Below, one piece after another: positions 42,278-55,900 of a stretch of DNA of 64,000 bases. A model generated the notes under the pieces. It was given only the letters and a program-made list of their open reading frames with translations, did not search any database and had not been told where the DNA came from. Position 1 is the stretch's first letter, and each line of letters begins with the position of its first letter. Source of the stretch: Adineta vaga (Eukaryota > Animalia > Rotifera); the NCBI GenBank assembly GCA_021613535.1, contig CP075494.1, forward strand, positions 10,788,001 to 10,852,000, given 5' to 3'. Made by a program: the position numbers and the translations under genes.

Positions 42278-42790
42278 ATGATTTCTGCACAAGTATGTTG
42301 GATCTTTCATTCACATCCGAGATTATCTGCTCATCATTGGTCATCAACAGGTCGTTCAATAACAAGCGAACGTGGTAGTACTTCATTCGGTAAGATAAAT
42401 TATAAGTCGTAATTTCGTAATTAATGATATCATCTATTCAGAAGAACCATATCGAAATTCAGCGCAATTATTAATAAATAAGAAAGCGCATCCAAAAAGA
42501 CATCTTTTATGTGCATTGATTTCTATGATATTATTTTTTCCTACCGGTAAACTTAAATTACTGTGAGAATACAATATAATTATCGATTTTTCTTTGATGA
42601 TATGTTAGGTATTGGAGCGATCTATTATGCTTCAAAATCTTGGACTTGTGAACATGATGGTCATTATGAACAAGCATTGATTTATTCAAGTCGATCATTA
42701 TCATGGTCAATAGCAACATTTGTCGTTGCTCTCTTCATCTATTTAACTATTGGTCTTCTTGTTGTTATCAATAAATCTCATCGTTATTAA
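42278..42790 (+). CDS. CD225/dispanin family membrane protein, 3 exons
   Basis: Spliced product ...HPKRHLLCALISMILFFPTGIGAIYYASKSWTCEHDGHYEQALIYSSRSLSWSIATFVVALFIYLTIGLLVVI has two hydrophobic segments around a G-x-Y-E-x-A loop. The 5' end is uncertain. Confidence 0.7.
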
Positions 42791-42975
42791 TCGAAAATAT
42801 TATTATGTAAATATATATTTCTGTTTTTTTTTGAAAAGTCATATAATCAAAACAATGTAAATTTATTAATTCTTTTTTAAGATGAAGAATAAATATCTAA
42901 CTAACAGAAAAAGAATAAGGCTAAGCAAGATTAAAATCATAGAATGTTTGTTTGTTTATCGAAGAAACTATCATT

Positions 42976-45900
42976 TTATTCCACTGTTATACGGAATGTT
43001 CGAATTTGCATTGGATTTAAAGCAATATTCACGTTTTTGACTGACACTTTTTCTAGATGAAAATAATGAAAAACTTTCCAAGGAGTTTATATTCAAAACT
43101 TACTCGGTGCTTTCATTTTCGATGATTCTCCATCTTTAGTTATCCATTCTAATCGTTCCATATCAGTCAATGCTAAGTTACCTGCTAAGGTTAATTCAGC
43201 AATATCAGTAATAGTACCTTTTGATTGAAATAATTTTTGTAAATCAAATATGACTTGTTGAGAATAGGTTTCATCTTCATCCATTTCAAAATAATGTTCA
43301 ATACGAATGAGATATTGTTTAGTATCGATTTGATCGAATGTTAATAAATGAACATTCAATGGTAAGTCATTTGTTAAAGCAGACCATGTTTGACGATATG
43401 TTGCAGAGTAATCAGCATAGGATAATTGAGGTAATGCATATGTTGCTAATGGACGCATATATAAACGTTGAGAATCAACTCGATGATAGAGAGCACTTGA
43501 TAGAGGTGTATCAACAATAAGAAAATGTTTACCACGAACAACAAGACCTTGACCAAAAGCGGTTTCATTCAATGGTTCATCTACACCAAGTGCATCATCA
43601 TAAAGTGTACGTCGATGTACCATAATTTCAATTGAACCATCATGAATACTACTACCACCTTCTGATCGATCTAAATACATACAAGAAAAGCATGTTTAAT
43701 TCAAGATCTATGCGTTATTTTTCCTACCGGTAAGTACGGTAAGTTGACGATTTACTTCTTTGATCCATATTCGACTATTGATTGGATAATAGTTTCCACT
43801 GACTGTTTCAACTTTTGTATAGTTCCATGTTGGACGATAATCTCTTGTACGTTCAAGAACTTCACGTCCATTCGAATCCGTATAAAATTTTCCACCATTT
43901 TGAATATCTGTATCATAACGAAGAATTATTTCTTTACCAACATTATCAGCAATTGGAATAGGTCCAACAGTCCATTGAACTTCAACAGCTTTTGAATCAT
44001 CATAAAGACTAATTTCTTGACTAGTCCAATCATTGAAAACAATAACTGCTGTTTGAATAGTTTCTCCTTTGATGCACGTTCTAACGAATATATACATATA
44101 TATAATCAAGACTTTCAAAACGAACATATAACGATAGACTTACATAGAACGATTACCACTCACTGGTTGTGGATCAGATGCAATAGGTCGAAATATATAG
44201 GCACCAGATGCTTGAAATTGTGATTCAGAATTATTACCGGGACAACCTAAATCAAAAAGATAATATATTCGTTTGACACAATAGTTTAACTTACTTGAAT
44301 ACCAATATAAACCTTGACTGGCAAATGGAACAGCAATATTCTTTTTCAAATTTGTGATTTTCAATAGATTTCCCTTGTCATCAATTTCCACTTTAAGATA
44401 CTATAGATATACAAAGATTGAAAGTTTAAAAATATTTTTTTTCAAATCAATTTTACTTCATTTTGTAAAACACATTGATCATTTTTGGTAATGGTTATTT
44501 CGGTCTGTTCATTAGATTCACCAGCTAGAAGAAGACAGTTTTCTTCGTAATACTGAATTCAAAGATGATCACTTACCTTTAACTTCAAAATAATATGTAT
44601 TAAAACCAAGAGCTGGTAGAATAACTTTGAAAACAAGTTGATTAGTAGCAAAACTCTTTCGACCGGGAATTTTCTTTGTTGGTTCAGATATTGGAATAAA
44701 CTACAATGAATACATGAAGAAATCAATTGAATACAAATGAAACATTTCATACGTCAGCTAAAATAGCATGTCCTGTTTCATCACGAACAGAATATTTCTT
44801 TGTTACTGGAACACGGACATGATGCGAAATGGTATGCACAGTTGGATTCCAAAGTGTTAAAGTAAACTATTTCAAAAGAGAACAATAAGATTTAAACGGA
44901 CCAATTTTTCTACAAACTTGATTTTGTTCTTCGATGGGTAAACATTCACTAATATTTGTTAATTGACAAAGAAATTGTGGTGCTTTTGGTGGTACTTTTT
45001 CGTCTTTCGAGAAAAACTTCGTATATGCTGTATTGATTACATCCTATAGATTGATAAGAAATGTTATTTTTTTCTAACATAAATATTTCATTGTCTGTTT
45101 AACATACTACTGCTTCATCAATACCATCGGCTAAACGTTGAGCATAATCATTAGCAACATGTTGCTTTTCAGTACCACTGACGGCGTCATGATGTTGAGC
45201 AATACCCATTGCTTCACCTATAATATTTATATCAATTTAGGTGTTTTTCTTTCGAGATGATAAACTTACTCAAGGAAAATGTCTTATTACGTAAATTGGT
45301 ATTTGCAAATGCATTCAATTGTCGTGTTGCTTGTAAAATATTATTTGAATGACGTTCATAACCTTTCAATGTTGCGCGTGATGTGAAGTAGCCAGTCCAA
45401 AATCCATGTGGATGATGTGCATATGGAAAAAAATCATCAGTTTTTGATGTCCATAAATGGTCAACTTTATTCAACGCATATAAATAACAGGATGGAGTCG
45501 AATAAAATACATTGACATCACTACCATTAGCTTGCTAAAAATTCAATTAGAATAAAAAAATGGAAATGATTTTTATTTTAAAATGATGAAGTAAATACCT
45601 CTGCATTGACGTATTTAATCAATTTATCCATGTTTTTAAACCATTGATTCGCACTTTCATATTGAAAATCACTACCCATAGTCATGATAATATGATTGGT
45701 TGCATATCCATATGCCTGGAAAAGAGTTCAATTAGATTCATTTTCTTTTAATTAAAAAAAAAAAACAACGCACTTCATTATGTGCAGCATCGATAAATGT
45801 TTTAACACGTTCTGGAACATTATAATCATGTAAACGAGGATCATCCTGAAAAAGAATCATTCACGTTGAAATTTAACAAAAAAAAGGTGCCTAACCATAA

Positions 45901-46945
45901 TCGGTTGATCATCACAAAATAGATCAAAACAAAATGAACCAGGAGGACTGTATCCATTCGGCAAAACACCGGTTAATAACCAAGCTTGACGATCTAGATT
46001 TATTTAGTAAATATTCATTCTTTTCTTTCGATCAACTTTGAATATAAGAATAAATATTCACCTAAATTTTCACTTGCTTTCCAGAGTACTTCCATTGTTT
46101 TTGTTTTATTACGTTGATTATAATCTTCATAATCAGCACGACCAAAAAATAAACCATCAAAACCCATCTAAAATAATATAGAAAACAAAATAATGTACCA
46201 GAAAATCATTCATTTAAAAGACAAATACTTGTGCAAGAATCGAAGCATGCTCACGAGAATGCCCGAACGGATCGATCTGCCAGCCAATCTTTGGTCGTCC
46301 ACATTCACCAAATTGATCACGTAAGAATTCAGCACCTAACGCAAATTGATCAATAATGGAATTGTAATGTGTGGACGCTTCATCATTCATACACCAACCA
46401 CCGTTGATAAATTCCAACCGACCTATATCAAACATAAACAACTTTGTGATTTTCTTATTTTAACCAAAACATCTACCTTCATTAACGAATTGCTTCACTT
46501 TATTACGCATATCATCTGTTTGTTGATTCCACCAACGCCAGAAAAAGGCTATTTCAACGTAAATAAAACGTCGTTCTGGATTTTCTTCTAACGCATGCAT
46601 TACTGCATCAAGAATATATTGTACACCAGCATGTTGAATATTATTTCGAGCTAAAAACAAATAGATTATTTTATTAGAAAATAAACGTATAAAGATCTAT
46701 CTACCGCCATAATAATATTGATCAACAGTTTTCAACCATCCAACATCATCATGTGTATGTGCAACAATATGAACATTGAGTTTTTTCGGATCACCTAGAT
46801 TACATCCCTAGAGAAGACAAACATGTTTGAAGGTAATTAGTAGAATTAATCTTACAGCATAACCACAGCCATTTGATGATTTGATAGGCACTGCGATGCA
46901 GAGCGATATCAGAAGAAATAGAAATGCAATGAATGAAATATACAT
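42976..46945 (-). CDS. MAN2B1: Lysosomal alpha-mannosidase (GH38), many exons
   Basis: Signal peptide, [97 protein letters not shown], and C-terminal LNPMQIRTF. Confidence 0.96.
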
Positions 46946-47389
46946 GATTTTGAAAATCACAACTAGAATAAAATTTACAATAGAAATTCTCGTAACTCTA
47001 TTATTTTTCTAAACTTACTTGATTGTGATTTTAAAAAATTATACCGGGATAATCAATATCACAATTGAACTAGAAACTAAATCTGAAAATTGAGAATAAA
47101 AATCAATTTTATAAAGTGTACCATATGATACCAAGTACATTTTCACTATTTCAACGTCAATAGATAAGAACAATATTTATACACACAAAAGAAAAGAAGT
47201 AGAAGAAGAACACAGATAAATGCAAGTTTATCAAAATTACTTCAGATAAAAGGTCATGGTCAACACTAAAATTATGTGACATATTGTGCTTAGTGCAATA
47301 AAAGATATCAAACTGGATCTGTTTAGAATATATCACAGTTTATCATATTTGGAAAGAAGTTATACAAATGCATAGGTAAGATCCAATGT

Positions 47390-47881
47390 TTACTCGTCAC
47401 TTATTTCAATTTGTCTTTTGATTTTCTCAACCATGTGTTTATCTAAAGTTTTTTGTCGAAAATAAACACTGAAAATTGATAATATACTGAGGCAAAATGT
47501 CACTCCTTGAAAATACCAAAAACGTTCTTTCTGTACGCGTACAGGTATCGGACATGAACGATATACTTTGATATTTGATTGTGGACAGAATAATAATTCT
47601 CTAAAACCTGTTGGAGAACAACCCATAGCATTTGAACGTTTACTGAACGCATCACATTTTTGACAAGATTCAACGAGATCAACTGTTTCAGTAAGATAAC
47701 ATGGAAATGTTTCTTGTGCTTTAGTTATGGATGTGTTGAGTGTAGTTGAAGAATATATCAGTGAAATATCACTTCCGACAAATGTTGAATGTAACTGCGC
47801 TATGAATAAAATACTGATTGTTACGAACAAAGTAGCAGTAAGACAAATAAGAAGACGACGACGAGTGAGAAAATCAAGCAT
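47390..47881 (-). CDS. JTB: JTB (jumping translocation breakpoint) family protein
   Basis: MLDFLTRRRLL, a TM segment, a Cys-rich domain (CYLTE..CQKC..CSPTGFRE..C..YRSC), FWYFQG plus second TM, and RQKTLDKHMVEKIKRQI. Confidence 0.88.
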   Translation of the reverse strand: MLDFLTRRRLLICLTATLFVTISILFIAQLHSTFVGSDISLIYSSTTLNTSITKAQETFPCYLTETVDLVESCQKCDAFSKRSNAMGCSPTGFRELLFCPQSNIKVYRSCPIPVRVQKERFWYFQGVTFCLSILSIFSVYFRQKTLDKHMVEKIKRQIEISDE

Positions 47882-48363
47882 GAGTGAATTATATCTAAAA
47901 ATAACATGTTGTTTTGAGGCGTGATTCATATTTAAAACATAACTGAATAGTATGAGAGAAAAGTATGACATAAATCTAGTTTTTATTTATTCAGTCAAAA
48001 GAGTGAAAATCAAGAAATTCTTAATTATGTTTCGCTTCATTAGCGTAACGAACGGAAGGTGTGTGTATTTTATATTTTCGACCATTTATTCACCTTGGTG
48101 CACCCACTGTCCAATCACTTCATCATCAGTGACATCTGCTAAATGAAAATCACTTGAATCGAAACTAACTTATGAAAATCAAATGAACTCAATAATCTAT
48201 CGAAAGTTTCTTCGAAATATCTATAAAGATAGAAAACAAAAATCAACTGAACCAATCATCACAAAGACGTGAATGTTCATTTGATCTTTTCTTGTTTATT
48301 ATTTTTAATTCTTTCTTCCAATAACTGGTGACATAGGTACTTTTATCTATTGATTAGTAGATC

Positions 48364-49342
48364 ATGGAATCCAAAATACAGAATGGTAATAATAACAACG
48401 GTATTTCATCAAAAACTGATACTATTCTTAGTCCAGAAGGTCAAGAAAATGTCTCCGATTCTCTCTTGGATACATCGGAAATGGGCGATGAAGCAGATTT
48501 GGAATCAATGCGTAAACGAATACAAGAAATGGAAGAAGAAGCTGAAAAATTAAAACAAATGCAACTTGAAGTTGAAAAACAAATGCAACTACCAGGCACA
48601 CCTGGTACACGTAAGTTATTTTCGTTTCTATTTACATTGTATATTTTTTCATTATCTTTTAAATTAGCTCCTTTTCCAACAATTGAAGAAAAAATGGAAG
48701 CAGATCTACGATCAGTTTATGTTGGAAATGTATGTGGAACGAAATGAAAATGCTTCATAATTGTTCTCTTTTTCAATCTAGGTTGATTATTCAGCAACAG
48801 CACAAGAACTTGAAAATCATTTTCATGGTTGTGGATCCATTCATAGAGTAACAATCTTATGTGATAAATTTACTGGTCAACCCAAAGGGTATGAGAATGA
48901 GTTCACATTTCATTTTGAATAACATTGGTTCTATTCTTTTGTTTTAGCTTTGCTTATGTAGAATTTTCCGACAAAGATTCTGTACAGATTGCTCTTGCAC
49001 TTGATGATTCATTATTCAAAGGACGTCAGATTAAAGTTAGCATATCAGAATGATTATATTGATCATAATAGAAATACTTTAGGTAACTGAAAAACGAACA
49101 AATCGTCCCGGTGTATCAACAACTGATCGACCACCTCGTGGGGCACTTCGTGGTTTTGGACGTGGTCGATTTCCTCGTGGTGGTGGTGGTGCTTTTATGC
49201 CCTATGTTTCCGCACCATATCGCGGTCGTATCGCTCGACCTTTCTTTCGGTAAAACTAAACTATTGAAAATAATGCTTTAATATCCTATTTGTTTACATT
49301 AGGGGTCGTGGTCGATCAAGTTATTTCTATTCCCCCTATTAA
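48364..49342 (+). CDS. PABPN1: Nuclear poly(A)-binding protein PABPN1
   Basis: [22 protein letters not shown] coiled coil, RRM ([10 protein letters not shown]...[30 protein letters not shown]), KRTNRPG, RG-rich tail ending YFYSPY*. Confidence 0.96.
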
Positions 49343-50459
49343 AAAAGAATGAAAATTATGCTCAATATCAATCAAACCGGTTTTGCTCTAATCTCTTTTC
49401 ATTCGTATGAAATAAACTACTTTGGAATGATCATATATGTACACCTGTTTCGTTCGGTGAGAATACATCTGCAGTTCTATGTCATTGTTTTTCTCTCACA
49501 TCCAGAAACTTGTAGTTCTTTTTTTTTCTGTGTTTATTATTTGCTGTATTTTCGTTTTTGTGATAGGAACAGGAAATTGAATCTCAACTCTTTTTTTCTT
49601 CTTTAATTATTATGATCATGAATTTGACAAGAAAAAAAAACGAATGAATCTTTCTTTATATTAAAAAAAATAAGATATATAGGACATTGTTGGTACATTG
49701 GTCGATAGATGATATCATTGCTTTTTTGTTGAAGAAAAGGTATATGAGTACGTTTTTGTGATGGTATATATTACCTTGAATAGTAATTATCTGGTTTTTT
49801 TGTAGAACACTATTTTTTTTTATATAGTTGTCTTCGAGAACAGAGGAAATAAACACTTCCGATTCAAATGTCATGATTTCTGTGATCTATGAAAATATAT
49901 ATTGATTGAAAAAATTTGATTTACGATGAAAACAACTGTTAGATTTATTATGGTTAAATTTAAAAGAAATGAGTCAAAATATTTCCGACATAGATCAGTT
50001 GTCATGCGTCATTAATCACTTGAATATATATATATATATAATGCGTGACCAATAATATTTTTGGATGTTAGAAATTGTAAAAACTAGAGAAAAACTACGT
50101 ATCCGTAACGTGAGTCTTGTGGAGTGAAAGACCCGAAGGGTATCTGTCGCAAAAAAACTAATAAATAAACAGGAAGAATTAGATCAAACTAGACAGAAAA
50201 ATGACAAATATGCAGATAAGTTGTTGTGGTTGACTAGTTTTCTAAACATGTCTTTTTATATAATGAGTAATTTGAAACGTCCTTTTACATATGTCATACT
50301 TTTCAGCGCCCTCCTCTCTTTTCTTTTCTTTTCCAATAGAATAACAAGTAAATAAATACTAATATATAGAAGAGTAGATATATATCATACTAAAGCGTAT
50401 CCGGTTTTTTTTCTTTTTGCGTATCAATCTATCTGATTTGACAAACGGTATTTTTTAAC

Positions 50460-51320
50460 ATGGGAGAATTTACGTTGATTTCTTTTGATGGACTTCGACT
50501 GGCGGGTTATGATTGGAAACCACGTCAGAAACGACGTTCACCACGTGCAGTTATTATTCTTTTACATGGTCTAGCAGAATATAGTGGACGATATGAACAT
50601 GTAGCACAATTTTATAATGACAATGATATAGCTGTCGTCTCCATGGATCTTCGTGGCCATGGTTTAAGTGAAGGACAACATGTATATATTCCGACAAATG
50701 AATCAATGTTTGCCGATATTGATTTATTAATTGATGAAGCACGCTATCGTTATCCATCATGTCCAGCTATTCTTTATGGACATTCCATGGGTGGAAATTT
50801 AGCATTATCCTATACACTTGATCGTTATTCCGATTCAAATAATAAATGTCCATATCAAGCGGTTATTGTTTCAAGTCCTTGGATTCGTTTAGCACGATTA
50901 CTTCAACCACCACGTCCACTGAATGCTTTAATTCGATCTTTTTGTCGACTAAATCCACAAATGAAAGTTCCACTTCGATTCAATCCTCGAATAATAACAC
51001 GTGATGAAAATATTGTTAATGCATACCATGATGATCCTCTTATTCGTCGATCAGCAACTTTATCACTTGCTCGTCAAATCGGTGGAATGGCTACTATGCT
51101 TGATCGAACAGCATGTACATTTCATATACCAGTATTAATTCAACATGGTAGTGCAGATTCATTAACAAGTCATAATGCGAGTTCAAAATTTGCTAATCGA
51201 GGAAAAAATATTCAATTTAAAAGTTGGCCTAATTGTTATCATGAATTACATAATGAACCCGAAAGAGATGAAATCTTTGAATTTACTTTAAATTGGATTC
51301 ATGATACCGTTTTATTTTAA
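50460..51320 (+). CDS. Alpha/beta hydrolase, monoacylglycerol lipase/lysophospholipase (Hydrolase_4), intronless
   Basis: LHGLAEYSGRY, DLRGHGLSEG, nucleophile GHSMGG, acid HGSAD, catalytic His in YHELHNEPE; 286 aa uninterrupted ORF. Confidence 0.92.
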   Translation: MGEFTLISFDGLRLAGYDWKPRQKRRSPRAVIILLHGLAEYSGRYEHVAQFYNDNDIAVVSMDLRGHGLSEGQHVYIPTNESMFADIDLLIDEARYRYPSCPAILYGHSMGGNLALSYTLDRYSDSNNKCPYQAVIVSSPWIRLARLLQPPRPLNALIRSFCRLNPQMKVPLRFNPRIITRDENIVNAYHDDPLIRRSATLSLARQIGGMATMLDRTACTFHIPVLIQHGSADSLTSHNASSKFANRGKNIQFKSWPNCYHELHNEPERDEIFEFTLNWIHDTVLF

Positions 51321-52952
51321 AATATCGATTTTATTTCTTTCCTAGAGAAAAACAAAACATTTTCTACGAAAAAGTCCTGGTGACCGAAGATTACTTTTCA
51401 TTTTTGAGAACGAGAGAAGAAGAGAATTATTGATATATTACTTCTTCTCTCATACTAGACTTTCTTTTCAAATAGCTTGCTGGATTGTAGCTGAAGATTA
51501 TTTTTGTTATATATCCTCCGATTAGTAGAATTTGCTCTTTTTATATAATCTGGAGATTTTTAGCGAGATCCTTTTTTTCTTCAATTGAGTAAATACATCA
51601 TCTATTATAAAAGATTATCTACTAAGGATAAGCATGAATTTTGAACATATACATATAGAACGGAATCGATTAAATCTATCAAAGCAACTATCCATGGTCG
51701 TACTTATCGAACGATATCGATCGACGTTAGATAAAGAAATGCATTGATTTTAGATAGTTTCAGATAATGGCTTCTGTGTATTACTCATGTTCAGGGTTAT
51801 TATTCAGCAAGTACAATATGTATTACAAATGTCTTTGCTTTATGTATGTTGAGAGAATAAAAAGACAGGGTTGATGTATATGTATATAACAGATATGTCC
51901 ATACGTCGAAACAAAACAAAAGTGGAAGAGAATATATGAAGTACTTCTCATATGGTTTTGGCAAAATAATATCAAGAGAAAACTTATGTACAAATAAATC
52001 ATTTTTCCAACTGTGTAAGACATAGAACTACAACATATCTACAGATACAGAACCTGATCGATGATAGATGAGAAGCGTATCATGCAGATGAACAATAGTT
52101 TAGATGTTTATTCAATGTTAGTTAAACAAACTTTGCTATGAAGGATGAGGAGGAGGAGGAGGATGAGAAGAATACTGACAACGTTATTCAACAAGACATA
52201 AGAAATAACAATAGAAGATAATCTAACAAGACGACTGACATGTCTCATTCAAAGTTGACTTGTTGAAGAAGGAATCGTTTGACGTTATCAAAACACTTGG
52301 TAATTGATTCTGCATACACGTTTTCATCATTGTCACTTCTTTTTTTTGTTTATTTACTTTGTCGCTAACGATTGATTTTCTTTCAATAAAATTTATTAGT
52401 AAATCGCATATTCACTCGATGATTGTTCTGATTCATATTTGATTTCTAATTCTGACCTTGTTCTTTATCATCTATCATTTCTTCAGACAATTCTACTTGA
52501 CAGAAATATTGTGTTTTGCTTTGTCTAACTAAATATCACCAATCTTTCATCTTTTCTTTTCTTTTCCCATTGACATCAACCATCTTCAGTTAGAAAGAAA
52601 GAAACTATCTTATTTGTATTTGTTTTCTTATTAATTTTTCTAATACCAGAAAAAAAGAGATAATAGACCAGAGAAAATCTTATTAAAAAGCCAGATAGAA
52701 CAGAGAAAAGACAAGAAGAATATGGAAGAGGTAGTTATATTAAGTATCTATCGAATAGGACTAATCCGGAACAGAAAGAAGAACGATTAAACATCATCTT
52801 TGCTTGTCGAACGACATATGCATGTTTACTATGAAAGAGAGAGAGAGAGAGAGGCAGAGCTAATGGGTAGTATTAAAAAAAACGACTCGAATTTTCTTTT
52901 TTTGACAAAACTAAGAATCAAATTTTTCTCTGTTCTGATTTTAGAATCGAAC

Positions 52953-55900
52953 ATGACCACAACGCCAAATGAATTTCTTCAATTTGCTAAAGAATTAGGT
53001 CTCGAACATCAAAAATCACTTTTACAAACGTCAACATCGACATTGAATAATGGTTGTTCTTTAACTGGTTTATCCGTTCTCAATAATCTCTGTCATCTTA
53101 TCGAACAAATTCATAGTTTAAAAGCTGAAAATAATCATCTACGTGCTCATTTAGATCTAGTGAGTCATGTCGAAAAATTCCTCCTAAAAAATGAAGATAA
53201 GACAAAATCAATTCATCAAAAAGCGAACACATATCTTCATTCCAAAACATCGCTTCATGGTGGAGATGGTACTTATGACGAAGATAAAAGTTTTACATTA
53301 TCACCAACAAATTCCTTAAGAATTAAAAAACGTGGATCACCTACATTATCCATCACAAGTAGAGAACGACAAGGTATAATCTTCATTGTTTTCTTCCCTC
53401 CCATTGATTTCTTAATAATTGAAATCAAATATACAAAGAGTTTTTGCAGCAATAGTAATACGTTTGTCATTATATCAAGGAGATAAACAATATCATAGCT
53501 TGATTGACACAAACATAAGTTTACTACTTAATCAAACTATCTTTTCATAAAAAGTTCTGCTATTTTTATAATTGAATTTGTTTTTCTTTTAAAGGAGTAG
53601 ATTTTGTCAATAATCATGAAGATTCATCATCAATGGTACATGTTGATCATGATCAATCGGAGGCAATTGAAAATAATTTAGGTACATAGAATCAAATTTG
53701 ATTGTTCTATTCATTGTTTTGTTTAGGTTCAATAACTGTACCGAATTGGAATAATTGGAATAAACTTCGTCATGCTTTAAGTTTTTCTCGTCGACGAAAA
53801 CAACGTTCACCAACCAGTCCTAGTTTACAACATACAGAACGAACAATTCCTGCCATAAGTATATCACTTGAAAGTGATGATGATCGTTTAAATGATCATA
53901 AATATCAACAAAAGAAAAACAAACAAATTCGAACAGCAAATAATAGTCGACGAGATTTAAATAATGATGATTCCGACGATGATGAATTTGTTGAATTTAA
54001 AAGAATACATCATGAACGACAAGGAATGCAACCTCCATCATCAACATCATCATCCTATCTACCTATTAATTCAACTGTAATTGACGATGATAATTCTTTT
54101 ACACGCAAACCATCGAAAATTGGTATATGAAATTATCCATAGATGATTTTCCCTAATCTTTCTAAATCATTTCCGTTAATGGAGATCACATTGAGTTAAG
54201 TTAAATTATTCATGAGAAATTTTGTTTAATTGAAAGTTTTGATTATATATTACCATTTTATTCTCTTTACAATCATCAAATATCATCTCGATAATATAAA
54301 TGTTTCTCAACGATGACAGTAGAGTAAACATAAATAAACAATTAGATTAGTTATGATTCAATCTCGATTGTCAGTGTTTACATGAAAGAATATAGATTAA
54401 TAGCTTGAATATACACAAATCTCCTTAGCATTACAAAGTCAAGTTTTTCTCTTTAGCTCATTATCGCCATAAATTATATTCGAAACTTCATACAGTTAAA
54501 AAACAATTCAGTGATCAAAATTCAACTTTACGTCCATTAACCAGTACACATAGTTCAACATTTGATGATATGGGTATGTTTTTGTATTGATAGAGAAGAT
54601 AAATTTCTATGATTATTCATAGGATCAGGCTTGAATCATGCATTCTTATCAACAAAATTAGCATCAGCAATGACGAAATCTTATCAACAAAAAATGCGTG
54701 AATGGCAAAGTTTACAAAAAAGTAATTTCTTAGTTAATTATCGTCGACAATCAATTATAAATAAAACGGAATTGAATAATTCATCACGAAAAACATCTGT
54801 TGTTTCGATAATAAATGAACCATTGAATGGAACACTTGTGCCAGCTATAGAAATTTCCAATGCTGAAATCGAACCAAATATGATTGCATTGAGTCCAATC
54901 TTATCACCCAATCAACGATCATTAATTCTTCATCAATGGCGTGAAATTATGTCTGAAGAAATTTGTCTTCGTCAGTATCATGAATATTTAGAAAGCAAAA
55001 TGCAAGAATTAAAACAACTTGAAACTAATTTAAAAAGTTTGAAAACGAATATTTTCTGTACAAATCATCAAAAATTAATATTAAAACATCGTTCAATGTC
55101 AAGTATTGAACAACTTGATCAAGATTTATTAGATGAAAATAAACAGATCGATATACTACAACGTTGTCGATCATTACAATCCTTAATAACTATGCCAGCT
55201 TCATGGATATTAGCAGTCCAAAGTGCAGCTTATTCGGATATATTAGATGGAACATCGAAGAAAACAACAGAACGAGCAATTATATTTAATAAAAACTTTT
55301 TCAATCAATTAAAATATTTCCGAGATGAACGACAAAATTTTCAACAAGATACCTGGAAACATTTTCAAACATTAACACATTTCAAGTAAGTGATAGATGA
55401 ACTAATTTTATAAAGGAAAAGAAAAAAAGCGTAATTTCCTTATCGATTCTGATTATTTATTTTCATTTGTAGGCGCAATAGCTTGTGTAGAATGTACCCA
55501 ACTAATCTTTATGATAGTTATTCATAGAAACTCATTCTGTTCATAAGATCTGTTAATGCCAGTCATGAAATAGTTTATGTCTTCCAAATCTTTTTGATGG
55601 ATGTGTAATCTACTGTCGTAGAACGCCACTTCAATCCTAAACCTGTCAAAGCTCTTACAAGGGCAGAAACTTGTTGATTAGTTTTTCAACAAATCTTTTG
55701 ATAGATAAGATAGACTGGAATAAAAAACAAAGAAAAACTTTTTATGTATCTATTGTAGGCCAAATGTTTCAACTGATGAACTATCGAATGATAAACGATC
55801 GAATCGAGTACAAACAAAAGTCATTCTAACTCGTGCTTGTTTACGTAAATTTTCGTATACATCAACAAATGAATTTCCTCAATCATTTCTAACAAATCCA

